Assembly: GCA_951406725.2 (NCBI GenBank) | Contig: OX597829.1 | Coordinates: 21,576,001-21,640,000 of the forward strand | Reading direction: 5' to 3' | DNA: 64,000 nt | From: Octopus vulgaris | Taxonomy: Eukaryota | Shown: positions 1 to 13,790 of the stretch, in pieces | Layout: every line of letters starts with the position of its first letter | Position numbering within the stretch: the first letter of the stretch is position 1 | Notes under the pieces: model-generated | The model's input: only the letters and a program-made list of their open reading frames with translations | Told to the model about the DNA's origin: nothing | The model's database searches: none | Position numbers and translations under genes: made by a program

Positions 1-1910
1 AACGGGCTTCTTTTAGTTTCCATCTACCAAATCCATTCACAAGGCTTTGGTCAACCCGAGGCTATAGTAGAAGACGCTTGCCCAAGGTGCCACACAGTGG
101 GAATGAACCCGGAATCATGTGGTTCATAAGCAAGCTACTTAACACGCAGCCACTCCTGCGCCTATAATTAACTATTAATAGAAATTGCATTAAAAAAAAA
201 ATTGTTAAAATATTTTGTATATTGTACAAGTAAAATCAATTTATAGCACATAAACTTCAGCAGCAAAATCTTATATGGACCTGTGAGGGCCATATGGTCA
301 GGGTTGAGAACTACTGAGTTAACTGTTTAGTATTCAAATTTTTCTGTCAGATGTAAGACTTATTCATTTACTTTGTTTTGAATTAATGCTGCATTATCTT
401 GTAGCTTTGAGATTTTGATGATGAAATTGTATATTTTGAGAATGATATATTGTAGGGTAGGTGTGAGAAGCCAAATTTGGCTGGTTTGAGCATAAAACAA
501 GAATATTTGTGTCGGATGTGGCCAGTATAAATGCTAAAGAGTTAAACAAACACTCATTGACACAGTATTTTTTGGCTGAATGCCTTTCTTTTCTCAACTC
601 TTATCTATTTTTCAAGTACAGAAATTTTTTTGTTTTGCTTTTTGTTTTTATTTCACTGGACTTCGAGTGTGTAAAGATACAGAACTTATTGTTAACAATG
701 AATGTAAACATAATGACATGATCATCATCATCATTGTTTAATGTCCACTTTCCATGCTGGCATAGGTTGGACAGTTTGACTGCAAACTTATTTCTTTATT
801 GCCCATAAGGAGTTAAACATATGGGGGACAAACAAGGACAGACAAAGGGATTAAGTCGATTTCATCGAACCCAGTGCGTAACCGGTACTCAATTTATCGA
901 CCCCGAAAGGATGAAAGGCAAAGTCAAACTTGGCGGAATTTGAACTCAGAACATAAAGACACACGAAACACCGCTAGGCATTTCGCCCGGTGTGCTAACG
1001 TTTCTGCCAGTTCGCCGACTGGTAAGCCAGTGGGCTGCACCAGGTTCCAATCTGATTTGGCATGGTTTCTACAGCTTGATGCCCTTCCTAACACCAACCA
1101 CTCCAAGAGTGTAGTGGGTGCTTTTTATATGCCAGACATGACACCGGCATTGGCCATGACTACAAACTCACTTGGCTTGACAGGTCTGCACAAGCACAGT
1201 ATATTGGCAAAGGTCTCGGTCACCTGTCATTGCCTTCATGAGGTCCAAAGCACAGGTGTCAATCAGATGGCACTGCCATTGACCATGACTACAATTTCAT
1301 TTAGTTTGACAGGTCCCTCAACACAGCATATCGCCCAATGTTCGAAGAGTGCTTATGCAATGTAAATATTCATGCACACATCACTCTCTCTCTCTGCAAC
1401 TGAAAAAAAACCTCCCATATTTTATATGGCCATTGGTGAGGCAAGGCACAAGTGAAGTTAGGCAGAGAGTAATGGCCTCATCATGTAGCTAATGTTTTAC
1501 AGGGATTTTTTTTTCCTGCTACCATCATGGTTAGGACTAGTGCACATCAAGTGTTTGTTGTTGAAATCCTCATCATCATTTAATGTCCATTGTCCATGTT
1601 GGCATGGGTTGGATGGTTTTTACCAGGGCTGGTAAGCTGACGGGTTGCACCAGATTCCACTCTGATTTGGCATGGTTTCTACATCTGGATGTTCTTTCTA
1701 ATGCCTATTACACAACTATTATACTCTGAGAGTGTAATAAAAACACCTATTATACTCTGATATTGTAATAGGTAATTTCATGTGCCAGTTGAATGTCACC
1801 AGTATCTACCACAACTATAATTTCGCTTGGCTTGATGGATTTTCCTTCTCAAGCAATAGCATACTGCCAAAGTTCTTGTCATTTGTCATTGCCTCTGTGA
1901 GGCCCAGTGC

Positions 1911-2372
1911 TTGAAAGGTGCTTTTTACGTGCCACTAACACAGTTGCTAGTTCCACAACATCAACATTGGCCATGCTGCCTCCGTGAAGCTCAACACTTG
2001 AAAGGTGCTTTTTACGTGCCACTAACACAGTTGCTAGTTCCACAACATCAACATTGGCCATGCTGCCTCCGTGAAGCTTCAACACTTGAAAGGTGCTTTT
2101 ACGTGCCACTAACACAGTTGCTAGTTCCACAACATCAACATTGGCCATGCTGCCTCCGTGAAGCTCAACACTTGAAAGGTGCTTTTTACGTGCCACTAAC
2201 ACAGTTGCTAGTTCCACAACATCAACATTGGCCATGCTGCCTCCGTGAAGCTCAACACTTGAAAGGTGCTTTTTACGTGCCACTAACACAGTTGCTAGTT
2301 CCACAACATCAACATTGGCCATGCTGCCTCCGTGAAGCTTCAACACTTGAAAGGTGCTTTTTATGTGCCACT
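1911..2372. repeat. Tandem repeat, five near-identical 86-88 bp units plus a partial sixth
   Basis: ttgaaaggtgc starts at 1911, 1998, 2086, 2172, 2259 and 2347. Confidence 0.95.
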
Positions 2373-3102
2373 GGCAAGGGTGCCAGTTACATGGCATCAA
2401 AAACGTCCACAACTATGATATCACTTGGTTTGATGAGTCTTCAAAATATTTATCAAAGTTGATGAATGAAAAGTTTTTTTTGCTGCATCCTGTATACATC
2501 ATCATCATCATTAAATATCCATTTTCCAGGAGCTGATGAGTTGGAGGACTACATCATGCTCTATTGTCTGTTTTTGGCTTGGTTTTCAACAGCTGGATGC
2601 CCTTCCTACAGCCAACCATTTTGCAGAGTGAACTGGGTGCTTTTTCATGCCACTAGCACCACTGAGGTTGCTTTGTAAGTTGTAAGACTAGGGGCCAAAA
2701 AGGGCCCCTATAACTGACAGGGAACAGCAGAGAGAGAGAAAGTATGGGAAATGATTCTATGACATCGTTCGTGCGTTTGTACTGGGTTTAGGGTTAGGGT
2801 TGTCATAAATAACAGCGACAAACGAAATATACACCGCCGGAAGTTCTTGTTGACAAACATCGGCAGTAATTTTATTCAGCTGAATACACATCATTGATTG
2901 GTTGAAATTACCAAAATAGGCCTACTTTGATGTGAAATTACTTCGTAAATATAAGTTTTTCTCAAAAATGCTAAGAGTGAAAGATGTTTTATATGACACC
3001 TTCTACCAGTGTCCGAAGTTTGAATGTGTTTAGTTACAAAAAATCATTTTTTAAATCTGTAGGTCAAAAGGTAAAGATCCAAAACTTAAGAGTGTGACTA
3101 AC

Positions 3103-3268
3103 CTTACTTTGGTTTTCACATATGTCTTTATACTCTTCTATGATGAGCTTTGTCCGTAAATATTCTGGGGTTCTGGGAGAGGACTGTTTTTCCTTAACAT
3201 TGGTTTTGTTTCTGACATTTTTCTCCCTCTCCTCATTCACGGGAAGGACGTGACTAAAGGACTTGTTG
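3103..3268 (-). CDS. Exon of unidentified minus-strand gene (NKSFSHVLP...SPRTPEYLRTKLIIEEYKDICENQSK)
   Basis: tttcag acceptor; only the frame predicted from the previous exon's phase is open; donor after 3103 (gttagt) or 3108 (gtaagg). Confidence 0.72.
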
Positions 3269-4570
3269 CTGAAATTGTAGACAATAATTTTGTTATTGAC
3301 ATAAAAACCACAGATTCATTTACGAAAAGGTAATTGTGCAACACTTATGTGTTGGTTCTTTGAAGAAGGTTATCAATGTAAAGGCAATGAAATTGAAACT
3401 CAGTCACAGGATACGGCTCACGTTTAAATTAAGCTCGAAGGCTTTGGTTTGCTTTCATAAAAAATATTAGCCTTGTCCTCCTCCTCTCCACTACCAACAC
3501 CACCATAATAACAATAATAATAATAATGATTTCAAATTTTGGTACAAGGCCAACAATTTTAGTGGGATATTGATTTCATTGACCCCCTCCACCCCCAGTG
3601 CTCAACTGGAACTTGTCTTACTGACTTTGAAAGGACGAAAGGCAAAGTTGATTTCAGCAGAACTTGAATCCAGAACACGAGGAATTGGAAGAAATGCCAC
3701 AGGTGTCACGCAATAAAGGGGACATATAGCTATCCTGTATCATATAAAGGTAGGTGGGAAAAAAAACCAAAAAACAAAAAACAGTCAAACGTTTACAGAA
3801 CATAATGTTAGGACAAACCTAATGTCTATTTCATCCAATTTCAAGGCCATTTAAAAAAACAAGTTTGGCAATAGACAACGAGACTAATTAACTGCCAGTA
3901 AGTTTACAAATAAATACATTAAACAAAAAATATATTAAAAATCATTTTTAAATTATTGAAATATGTTATTGCCATTGTCACTATCACCAATGTTCTCAAC
4001 TCATAACAGCTTAGACAAAGTCAGCACTTTTTACAGAGTGTACTGGGTGCTTTTATGCAGCATTGGCATGGATGCTTTATTGATGGTGGCATGGGTGCTT
4101 TTGTATATGGCACCAATACCCATTAGCTAGACATGTCTTCTCAAGCACAGCAAACTGCCAGAAACCTAGGTCCCTTGTCATTCCCAATGTCTGAAGACCC
4201 TTTCTTGTGTGTGTGTGCATGCTTGTGTGTATACATCAGGCTTCATTCAGTTTCTTTCTACCAAATCAACTCACAAGGCTTTGGTAAGCCATGCATTGTG
4301 TTAGAAGCCCAAGGTGCCATGCAGTGGGATTGAACATGGAACCATGTGGTTGAAAAACAAACGTCTTACCATACAGTCATGCTTGTGCATACAATATTTT
4401 ACAGTATCTTTACTTAATTGCAATAAACAATTTAATAATTGATATTTTCTAAGTTAAAAAGGAAGTTTTATTTTTTTTTTAAATCTTACTAGAGAGAGTT
4501 ACATTTCAAAGTGATTGAAGATCATCAAAATTAAAGCCCCACATATTAACATATGAAAAAGAATTCTTAC

Positions 4571-4674
4571 CTTTGTGTTTGCTCTTCATATTCTTCTTGC
4601 TGAAATGATGAAGGTGGTGGTGAATTTTGTTTTTTAACACCAAGTGAAGGAACTGTGCAGTTCTGTACATCAAC
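4571..4674 (-). CDS. Exon of unidentified minus-strand gene (VDVQNCTVPSLGVKKQNSPPPSSFQQEEYEEQTQ)
   Basis: ttttctcttatatag acceptor, AG|gtaaga donor; phase 0 in and phase 2 out fit both neighbours. Confidence 0.75.
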
Positions 4675-5127
4675 CTATATAAGAGAAAAATATTTTAACT
4701 CGTAAAATTTGAATAATATACATGTGATGATGTATATTAGCAACAGAGGCAGTAATAAGACTGAAAGGTAATGTTTATGCCCACTTAAATGTGGATGTTC
4801 TATTAGAATAGACTACACTGCAGTAGATATCACGAGAGAAACTCTCATAGCGATCTTTTGGTGCAAAATGTAAGCTTGTTTATAAGGCTATCAAGGAGAT
4901 AAATTCCCGCTACCTCCAGTATTGAGACAACCAGATCATGTTATTTCAACCTTCCTTGGTCTTATCAATGATGGACACTCTACTGCTAGAGATAGCAGTG
5001 ACTCATCTCCCTGCCTGCAATATATAGAAAAACTTCCACAACACATGCTAGTGTTGTGATTAGCCAATGAGCTTGTATGTGTGTATATATATATACACAC
5101 ACACACATATATGTATGTGTGTATGTA

Positions 5128-5159
<32 letters not shown>

Positions 5160-5256
5160 CTAGCAATGCATCCTGGCGTAGCCTGGGTGTAATGACCTAC
5201 AGCCATATTGTATTATTTGTTCCTTTCTTAAGGGCAGAATCAGCACAGCTGATATA

Positions 5257-6453
5257 CAGGGGTTGGACAAAATGATGGAAACACCTTAAAATTTCAAATA
5301 AATTAATTTTAATATGGGGTAGGACTGCCATTGGCAGCAATTACAGATTGAATTCTATGAGGTATGCACTTGTACAAAGTTTGAATTGTTTCCAAAGGAA
5401 TTTTTGTCCATTCTTCAGCTAAAACAGTCTCCATTTCTTGTAGTGATGATGGTGGAGGATATCAACTCCTTACTTGTTTTTCTAAAATGCACCATAAATG
5501 TTCAATAATATTGAGATCTGAGGACTGTAGTGGCCAGATAAGATGTTCAACTTCACTAGAATGTTCCTCGTGCCATTCAGTAACAACTTTAGCTGTGTGA
5601 ATTGGTGTATTATCATCCTGAAAGATTGCATTCTCCTCTGGAAACAGTTCTGCAACCATATGATGAATTTGATTAGATAACATGCTTAAATAGTCTTCAC
5701 TATTAATTCTGCTATGAAGGGAAACCATTGGGCTGGCGGATTTCCAAGATATAGCCCCCACATCATCACAGATCCTCCTCCATGTTGAACAGTTGGAAGA
5801 AAGCAGTCTGGGTCAAATGCTTCTTTTGGCTATCTCCACACGTATACTCGGCTGGTGGTTGGAAATAAGGTAAAGGATGACTTGTCTGAGAAAATAACAT
5901 TCTTCCACTGCTCTAGAGGCCAATTCTGTAGGTTTTTACTCCACTCTAAAAGCTTTGCAACATTTGTTTTTGAAAGTAGTGGTTTTCTGATTGCAGCCCT
6001 CCTGTGAAATCTAGCTTTGTGCAGCTCCCAGTGAACAGTTTTGTGGAAACTGTGTTCTCGAGGTGGTCTGCAGTAATTTTAGGAGCTGTACTTTTGTGAT
6101 CCTTTCTAACAATTCGCATAAGAGTCTGACAATCCCTATCTGAAAGTTTTGGTTTTCTTCCGGAGTTTTGTTTCTATGAAGAGGTTTTTACCTCTTTCTC
6201 AAAGGCTGTTATTACTTTCGAGACAGTACTTCTTGATACACCAAACATTTCGGCTGTCTTCATTACGCTAGCTCCTGCCATACGAGCACCAACTATTTGA
6301 CCTCTTTGAAAGTCCAACAGATCTGTCATTTTAATTACCTTTTTCTAATAAATCAAAAAACGTAAAAATAACCAAGCTTTTGATGGTTTTATAGATATTT
6401 TAAAATTATGATGCTATGACGCTAGGTGTTTCCATTATCTTGTCCAACTCCTG
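5257..6453 (-). mobile_element. Degenerate Tc1-family DNA transposon (~1.2 kb)
   Basis: TIRs CAGGGGTTGGACAAAATGATGGAAACACC / GGTGTTTCCATTATCTTGTCCAACTCCTG, TA at left; ORF 5462..5761 has FQDDNTPIH and WPLQSSDLNIIEHLW (Tc1 DD34E motifs); disrupted elsewhere. Confidence 0.9.
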
Positions 6454-7347
6454 GTTATAGTGAACTGGAATACTGGCATAATGGAAGTTATTGTTTGTTT
6501 AAAAGTGAAGATGGAGGGGATGGTACAGTTGGCATGGGTTTGCATGAAAATGCTTTCTGTTCCTAAGAAGGATCATAAACTATGTATTGTTTCATTGTAT
6601 AAAAAAGGGCTAATACGAATTTGCTTAGAAATCATGTTTTCAAAATTTTTATTTCCTCCCCATCACAGTTTCTTAATTTGTAACTCCTTTTTGATTTTTT
6701 TTTTTTTTATCCATGCAGAAAAATACATAGATTACAAATCTGGGAAATATATATGTTTTTTATAAAGTTTAATTTTTCTTAAAGAAACACTGAATACCAG
6801 TTCTCCCACCTCGCCCATCCATCACCTACCTGCTTTCAAAAACCTAAAACCTCCCAATGTTTCACTATCATCTGATTTTTCATGCATGCATAGAATTGTA
6901 CTGAAATAGCAGACGCAAAGAATATTGGAGCAACGCCAGAAAACTCGACATGCTAGAAACAACAGGTAAATGACATTATTTATGAAGAAACTTCCCCACT
7001 TTCCAAAAAGCTAAAATGAAACATGTATATTGTAATGTGATATATTGTTTCACTTTTATACTTTTAATTTTAACCACGATGATGACTGTCTCATTTTGTA
7101 TATTGTGTATTTGTCTATGAATGTATGTGAGTGAGTGTATGAGTGTGTATAAGTCTCACAGTGAGTGTGTCTTTCTGAGTTAGGTATTAAACACACTGTA
7201 TGTATGTAAGGACTGGTCAGTGTCAATACGAAATTTTATTTTCAGTTTGACTAAAACAATATAACATTTCATAGAGATATTCTTTCTATTTACGGAGATG
7301 TACTTGCATATAAGTGACTTCATCTGAGATTGTGGGCTCGGAACATA

Positions 7348-7724
7348 TCTTCTTTTATCTTTTACTTGTTTCAGTCATTTGACTGCAGCCATGCTGGAGC
7401 ACCGCCTTTAGTCGAGCAAATCGAACCCAGGACTTATTCTTTGTAAGCCCAGTACTTATTCTATCGGTCTCTTTTGCCGAACCGCTAAGTTACGGGGACG
7501 TAAACACACCAGCATCGGTTGTCAAGCAATGCTAGGGGGCCAAACACAGACACACACACATATATACGACAGGCTTCTTTCAGTTTCCGTCTACCAAATT
7601 CACTCACAAGGCATTGGTCGGCCTGGGGCTATAGCAGAAGACATTTGCCCAAGATGCCACGCAGTGGGACTGAACCCGGAACCATGTGGTTGGTTAGCAA
7701 GCTACTTACCACACAGCCACTCCT

Positions 7725-7728
<4 letters not shown>
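7348..7728 (-). mobile_element. tRNA-derived SINE family A (gcgcaggagtggctgtgtggtaag...tgactgaaacaagtaaaaga)
   Basis: Near-identical to the copy at 33157-33566; Pol III head, internal microsatellite; further copies or fragments at 1-163(-), 18165-18727, 21077-21282(-), 30631-31040, 38846-39020(-), 40611-41075, 44147-44800, 53027-53460, 56560-56890, 57167-57575 and 61871-62200. Confidence 0.88.
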
Positions 7729-8233
<505 letters not shown>

Positions 8234-8341
8234 GTATGTATCCATGTTAGCATGGAACATAAAGTTAAATAATTTTCCCCCTCTCCCCATGTTTGCTCTC
8301 TTCATTCCTTTCAATAGAAGAACATAGGTGTAAAAACTAAC

Positions 8342-8491
8342 ATTTCTTTCCTCCAAGCTTAGATTCGAAACTGGATCTAAGGATTTCCGCTCATCTGAGC
8401 TACCAGTCTCCCTTTGACCTCCGACCTCAGCCATGTCAGGCGAAGTTGAAAATGGACAGGAGCTGACTGACCTATTAAGATACAATATCAC
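8342..8491 (-). CDS. Exon of unidentified minus-strand gene ([30 protein letters not shown]...SLEERN)
   Basis: AAT|gttagt donor in phase 0; 5' boundary uncertain (ctgcag acceptor with exon start 8491, ttaatag with start 8471, or an internal ATG start at MAEVGG). Confidence 0.6.
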
Positions 8492-10227
8492 CTGCAGTAT
8501 GTCTGTCTTTCTAGCTGCCACGGCTGTTATAAATACTGTGGTCAGCAAAGGGACAGGCAGAAAAGCACGGGACGAAGAGACAATTCACGAGATAGCCGAC
8601 TACTTTCTCAGATGAACGACGCACGCAGACAGACACAAAACATATTCAGTTCTACCACATCACATCCACAGATGTACCCTGTTTTTATTCCTCTCAACTC
8701 GCAGCTGTTGACAACAAATGTCGTGAAAACTTGTGCATACATTTCATTTCATACTAACAGCAAATGCAAGTCTCACAAATAAATGATTTAAACTATATAA
8801 ATCGATGTCATTCAATTATTTACTTCGAAGTCATCCACATGCCTATCGCATCTGTTTACCTTGACACATTCCGATACACCTTTAACCACTACATAAACTC
8901 AAAACGGCAGGCTTCTTATTTTCCTGAGCGCCAAACTAAACTAATACGCCGTTTGTAGTTCCCTCACCTGTCTCTGTTTTGTTTTTGCACCATTTTGAGC
9001 CATATAAACACACACACACACATATATATATATATGATTACGTACACTATATTGATTAAATCCATAAACTTAACAAAGCACATCTCAACTCAGAGACAAA
9101 AGGCTCCAATGATTATACCGCCAAATTCGAAATACATGGCAATCTTGAGCGAAAAACAAAAATTCACAGAAATTAAGAGACAGCCTTTCGATCAAGGAAA
9201 TATCGTCGGATAGCTATAATTCAAGTAGAGAGGATCCTCATTAATGAATACCAGCAATATATTATGAAACCAAAACATCATTAGTGACATATACAAATGA
9301 GGAGGGAGTGGATTGCAAAACGAGATTTTAAAACTGAATTTTTGATTTTTGAGACTAATACTTTTTACAAATGTTTCACTACCTTAGAAAAAACTATCTA
9401 TATCAGCTTCGCAAATGGTCTTCCCTAAATACATTAAAATCATTATAACATAATCCGACCACTATTTCAAACACATAAGCAACAAATTTGGCTGGGGTAA
9501 AATGAGTAAACCATGCTAAGGTAAAATTTGTTGCTTCAGTTCTCCAGAAAACAAACTCATACACATCAATGTCTATACTTAGACATCAGAAAGATCAGAA
9601 ATGCAATAAATAAATAAATAAATATCAAATGAAAGAGGATATGAAATCAATGAAATTGAAAAAGTAAAAAAAAAAAAAAAAACGTTACAGGAATTATTCT
9701 GTGGCTTCTTCAAAATCTGGAGTATCTCTCTTTGTGACATATTTACGCTCTATGCAAGAAACAAATTATTTTAGACCTCATTTTTTGAAACTCGAAAATT
9801 ATCAAACTAGACACTAGCGTGGGAAAAATATTAAGTTGGAATCCAACAGAGAAAAGAATATTGATTGTTAAACACGAAATATAATCTAAGACATTTTATT
9901 AGCAACCTCAATTACTATAGGTTCAAAGTTGAGGAAAGATTTCTTGGCAACAGAGGACCGGCCACCTAACTTGTTTCAAACTCTCTCAACTTCAACAACA
10001 ACTAGGCTGACCAATTTTACTCCTAAAGATGATTCAAATGCACAAAATAATGATGCAATACTTGCACTGTAATGGTTTCAAACAGGTAGGGAGAAAATAA
10101 GAAATTAGAAGTTATTCATTTTGCCCTGATCATTCAATTTGCCTACCATTCAAACGTATTTCACCGAAGAGAAAGGGAAAAAATTAAATTGTAGTACATA
10201 TAATCATAATTAAAATTGTATATATAC

Positions 10228-10311
10228 CAGTAATCGCTTAACATCTGTAGTTCTTTTATATATTAATTGTCCTTTGGGGGAATTTTTAAGGCTATTTGCC
10301 ATCGTCTCCAT
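10228..10311 (-). CDS. Putative first coding exon of unidentified minus-strand gene (METMANSLKNSPKGQLIYKRTTDVKRLL); exon probably starts at acceptor 10534
   Basis: Minus-strand ctttatttttag acceptor at 10535; ATG at 10311; CTG|gtatat donor, phase 0. Confidence 0.45.
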
Positions 10312-11896
10312 CGCAGTTCTTAAGTACTTTTGGGAAAAATGCCTCTCGTTTCAAAAACCGATGGGATTTTGTTTTCGTTAATTCTACTTCCGCCAGAGTT
10401 ATCTCCCATACGAACAACAAGACAACTGGAGAACCTGTGGTCTTGTTATTGCTGCTGGAAACAGCAGCTAAATCTTCTTGGCGGGTCATACCTGATCGTC
10501 TTCGAAAACGATATGTCACAATGTAGTTCTATTGCTAAAAATAAAGAAAGAAAGAAATGTGGAGTTTCGGTATAGTTGTCCTCGAAGTCTGGTACCTCAT
10601 GAGAAAATGAAAAAAAAAGTTATTTTCTTCCCTTTTAGTATACTTGTGTTTCATACAAGCATACTAAAAGAATTTCAACTTTTTTTTGCCTCTCAATTCC
10701 GTTCTTTTTCTCCTCTCTCTTTTCCAACGACATTTCGGGTTTCGAGGGACAGCTACACCAAAACTCGAAGAAAAGAGAAAGAGGGAATATTCATGGCTTC
10801 AATGTATGAATGTTCTTGATCAAAGATCTGTTTATCTGAGCCAAAACAACAATCAATAATCTAGCCAAACAACAATCAATAATCTTGCCAAAGAACCTCT
10901 ACGTGACCAATCGATCTACAAGAAATAGCTGTCAAACTCCCTTCAAACGTTAAACAACTGTTTTGAGAAGGAAGGACACATTTGGATGATGTAGTACTGG
11001 ATACGTACTTTCAGAAAATAAGTTGAGATAGTCATGGATGGAATACTTTTATCATAGGTCTACTTGATCAGAACATCAAGGCTGAACAAGCAACGGCTGG
11101 GGTTTTATCTGATCGCTAATTCTGGTAGAAATAGCTGCCAAATCTCCTGCAAATCACACCTTAATCTTTCTCTTCCGTCTCTCTCTACTGAGAGAGAGAA
11201 AGAGACAGAAAGACTGACAGAGAGAAATAAATTGAACAGCCATATACCTAAAAGAAGACTGTTCCGCCACACCAGACATATTAACAACTATTATGGTATT
11301 ATTTCTCCGGATAATTGTTTCAATACCTATTTCTTTTTCCGGCTTTCTGGCGTTAGTTTGTGGCATTAAAAATTACATTTAAAAAACATACTATAACCCC
11401 CGCCTCCCCATCTGATTTCACTCAGGAATTCGTTTCACAAAGTTGGAAAATCATATTTTCATTTTTTTAACTTGCTGGGTTTAAAGAAAGGAGCAGTGTC
11501 TGCGGCCTTCATAAGCCCTCCTAGGCTAACGAGACTGATGTTATTTAGGTTCCTCTTGAACCTCTGGAATTCAAAACATACAGAAAAATATAGTGCATAA
11601 AGTCGTTATTCTGGGGGAGGAAGGACCGGATCTAGTGTAGAAATTAATGCAGAACCGGACAGCAGGGTTGAACACAACAAGGATGATAAGAGGAAAAGAT
11701 ACCAGTGGGTTGGGAATTCTTGAACAGAAGAGATAGAATGAGTTTAGCTAGATCTTATGAAAAGAGGCCATTCGGAGTTCAGAGAAGAGATAGTGCGTCC
11801 ATGTGTTAGAAACTGGTGTGTTTGTGAGGGACTTTATGCTCATTAGGTAGTCTTTTTTGGTCTGTGTGTCGTGTGTACAGCTGCAGTAGACATTGC

Positions 11897-12284
11897 GGTG
11901 GCGCAATGGCCCAGTGGTTAGGGCAGCGGACTCGCGGTCATAGGATCGCGGTTTCGATTCCCAGAACGGTCGTTGTGAGTGTTTATTGAGCGAAAACACT
12001 TAAAGCTCCACGAGGCTCCGGCAGGGGATGGTAGTGATTCCTGTTGTACTCTTTCACCACAACTTTCTCTCACTCTTACTTCCTGTTTCTGTTGTACCTG
12101 TATTTCAAAGGGCCGGCCTTGTCACCCTCTGTGTCACGCTGAATATCCCCGAGAACTACGTTAAGGGTACACGTGTCTGTGGAGTGCTCGGCCACTTACA
12201 CGTTAATTTCACGAGCAGGCTGTTCCGTCGATTCGGATCAACCGGAACCCTCGTCGTCGTAACCGACGGAGTGCTTCCATCCAC
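11897..12284 (+). mobile_element. Full-length tRNA-derived SINE with 13-bp target-site duplication
   Basis: A box TGGCCCAGTGG, B box GTTTCGATTCC; TSD CAGTAGACATTGC at 11884-11896 and 12285-12297; related copy at ~59958-60243. Confidence 0.9.
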
Positions 12285-12589
12285 CAGTAGACATTGCCCC
12301 AGATGTGTGCGCTATGTTCCATTGTGGTTTCACCTGAGCTTTGTAGAGTGTCCATAATTGTTAAAGGCATCAAAATATTGAATGATTGAAGAAAATATCA
12401 AGGGAAACCTACTGCATGAAAATTTAATAAATAAAGTGGATGTTAATATATTTGATGCAGTAATTCTAAAAATATTTATTACGTTTTTAGTGATGTGAAC
12501 CTGATGTTAAGGATGATCCCGAGACACCTATTAGTGAATGTCTGGAGCTTCTGGGTGCTAGTCTTGGTCACTCGCCATGTTTCTGAACC

Positions 12590-13075
12590 ATAAAGTAAAA
12601 CTTACTTAACATTTGTGTTGAAGATCCGGATCTTCTCCAGACATTCACTAGCAGATGTCTCAGAAACATCCTTAACATCAGGTGACCAGAGACGCCTCAG
12701 ATGAACAACTGTGGGACAGGACAAGACAGCCCCAATCGAGACAGATATCAAGAAACGAAAATGGGGATGGAAACTCCACACGCTACGAAAGTCCGCACCA
12801 AATGTCACCAAGCAGGCTCTTGAATGTAACTCACAGGGAAAGCGAAAAGTGGGCCGACCAAAACAGCCTTGGCGCAGCAGTGTCGACGCAGAGGTGAGGG
12901 CAACCGGAATGACATGGGCCGAGCTGAAGAGGATCCCCCAGAACCGCGTCCCCAAGGAATCAAGAGGCCTAAGAAGAAGGAGGAGGAGGAGAAGAAGAAG
13001 AAGAAGAAGAAGAAGAAGAAGAAGAAGAAGAAGAAGAAGAAGAAGAAGAAGAAGAAGAAGAAGAAGAAGAAGAAA
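12590..13075 (+). mobile_element. 5'-truncated RTE-clade LINE 3' end with (AAG)n tail
   Basis: IKKRKWGWKLHTLRK...TKQALECNSQGKRKVGRPKQPWR is a typical RTE ORF C-terminus; followed by ~100 bp of AAG repeat. Confidence 0.85.
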
Positions 13076-13379
13076 GGATGAGAACAAATGAACGAAATAG
13101 TTGTGCATTGCTGCGCGAGTGACAAATTTTTTTGATATTTTTGAAATTTTGTGTTTTCTTTCTTCAGGATTGTCACTTAATTTAGATAAATATTTGTTCG
13201 CATCTCTAAAATTTTAATCAATTAAAATGTCGTGTTTTACTACATTGTGTTTACTATTGCCAACTTTACGATATTTTGTTAACCGGTGAGGTCTTCTGCT
13301 CACAGAATGCCCGCAGAAGCAAGAAGATAAGCGCATGGACGGAGGAAGCAAGTGTTACTTTTGGAAAAATGCCTCTCAG

Positions 13380-13790
13380 ATTCTGGTCTCAGAATGCATC
13401 ACAGATCATGGAATTCTGCCTTTGCTTTAATTGGTTGTTAGACATGAACACGGAACCAACGATGTGATAAAAACTAGACCAGCTTCACCTAAGACATTTC
13501 AAAATTTGTAGCATCTTGAGGGAAAGACACAGTACTTAACACAATTTTACTAAAGTAATGCAAAATTGAAAGGTTTGAAGCTCTTTCCATCAAAGACCAT
13601 CCCTGTTGGATTGGACGTTGTTGTTAGATTGGAAGACAACCTTATACCAAAAATTCTCTTTTACAGGGAACTAGCGAAAAGCTAACATTTAAAAGAAGGC
13701 CAGCATAAAATGTACAACAGCATCTTGAAATCCAATCTCAGAACATATTACATTCCCATTGATGACTGGAAAAGATCTGTGAGATCACGA
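13380..13790 (+). mobile_element. Decayed RTE-type LINE fragment
   Basis: Broken translation KKLDQLHLRH...WIGR...RLEDNLIPKILFYRELA resembles an RTE C-terminus. Confidence 0.5.

Noticed and set aside
1911-2372. CRISPR-like regular repeat and 177-183 aa repetitive ORFs
   Set aside because: Units are contiguous with no unique spacers, there are no cas genes, and the context is eukaryotic; the ORFs switch frame with unit indels.
11897-11970. tRNA gene
   Set aside because: tRNA-like head continues into a SINE body bounded by a TSD; no complete cloverleaf or terminator.
12805-13176. Poly-Arg/Lys/Phe/Leu proteins
   Set aside because: Products of the (AAG)n tail of an RTE fragment.
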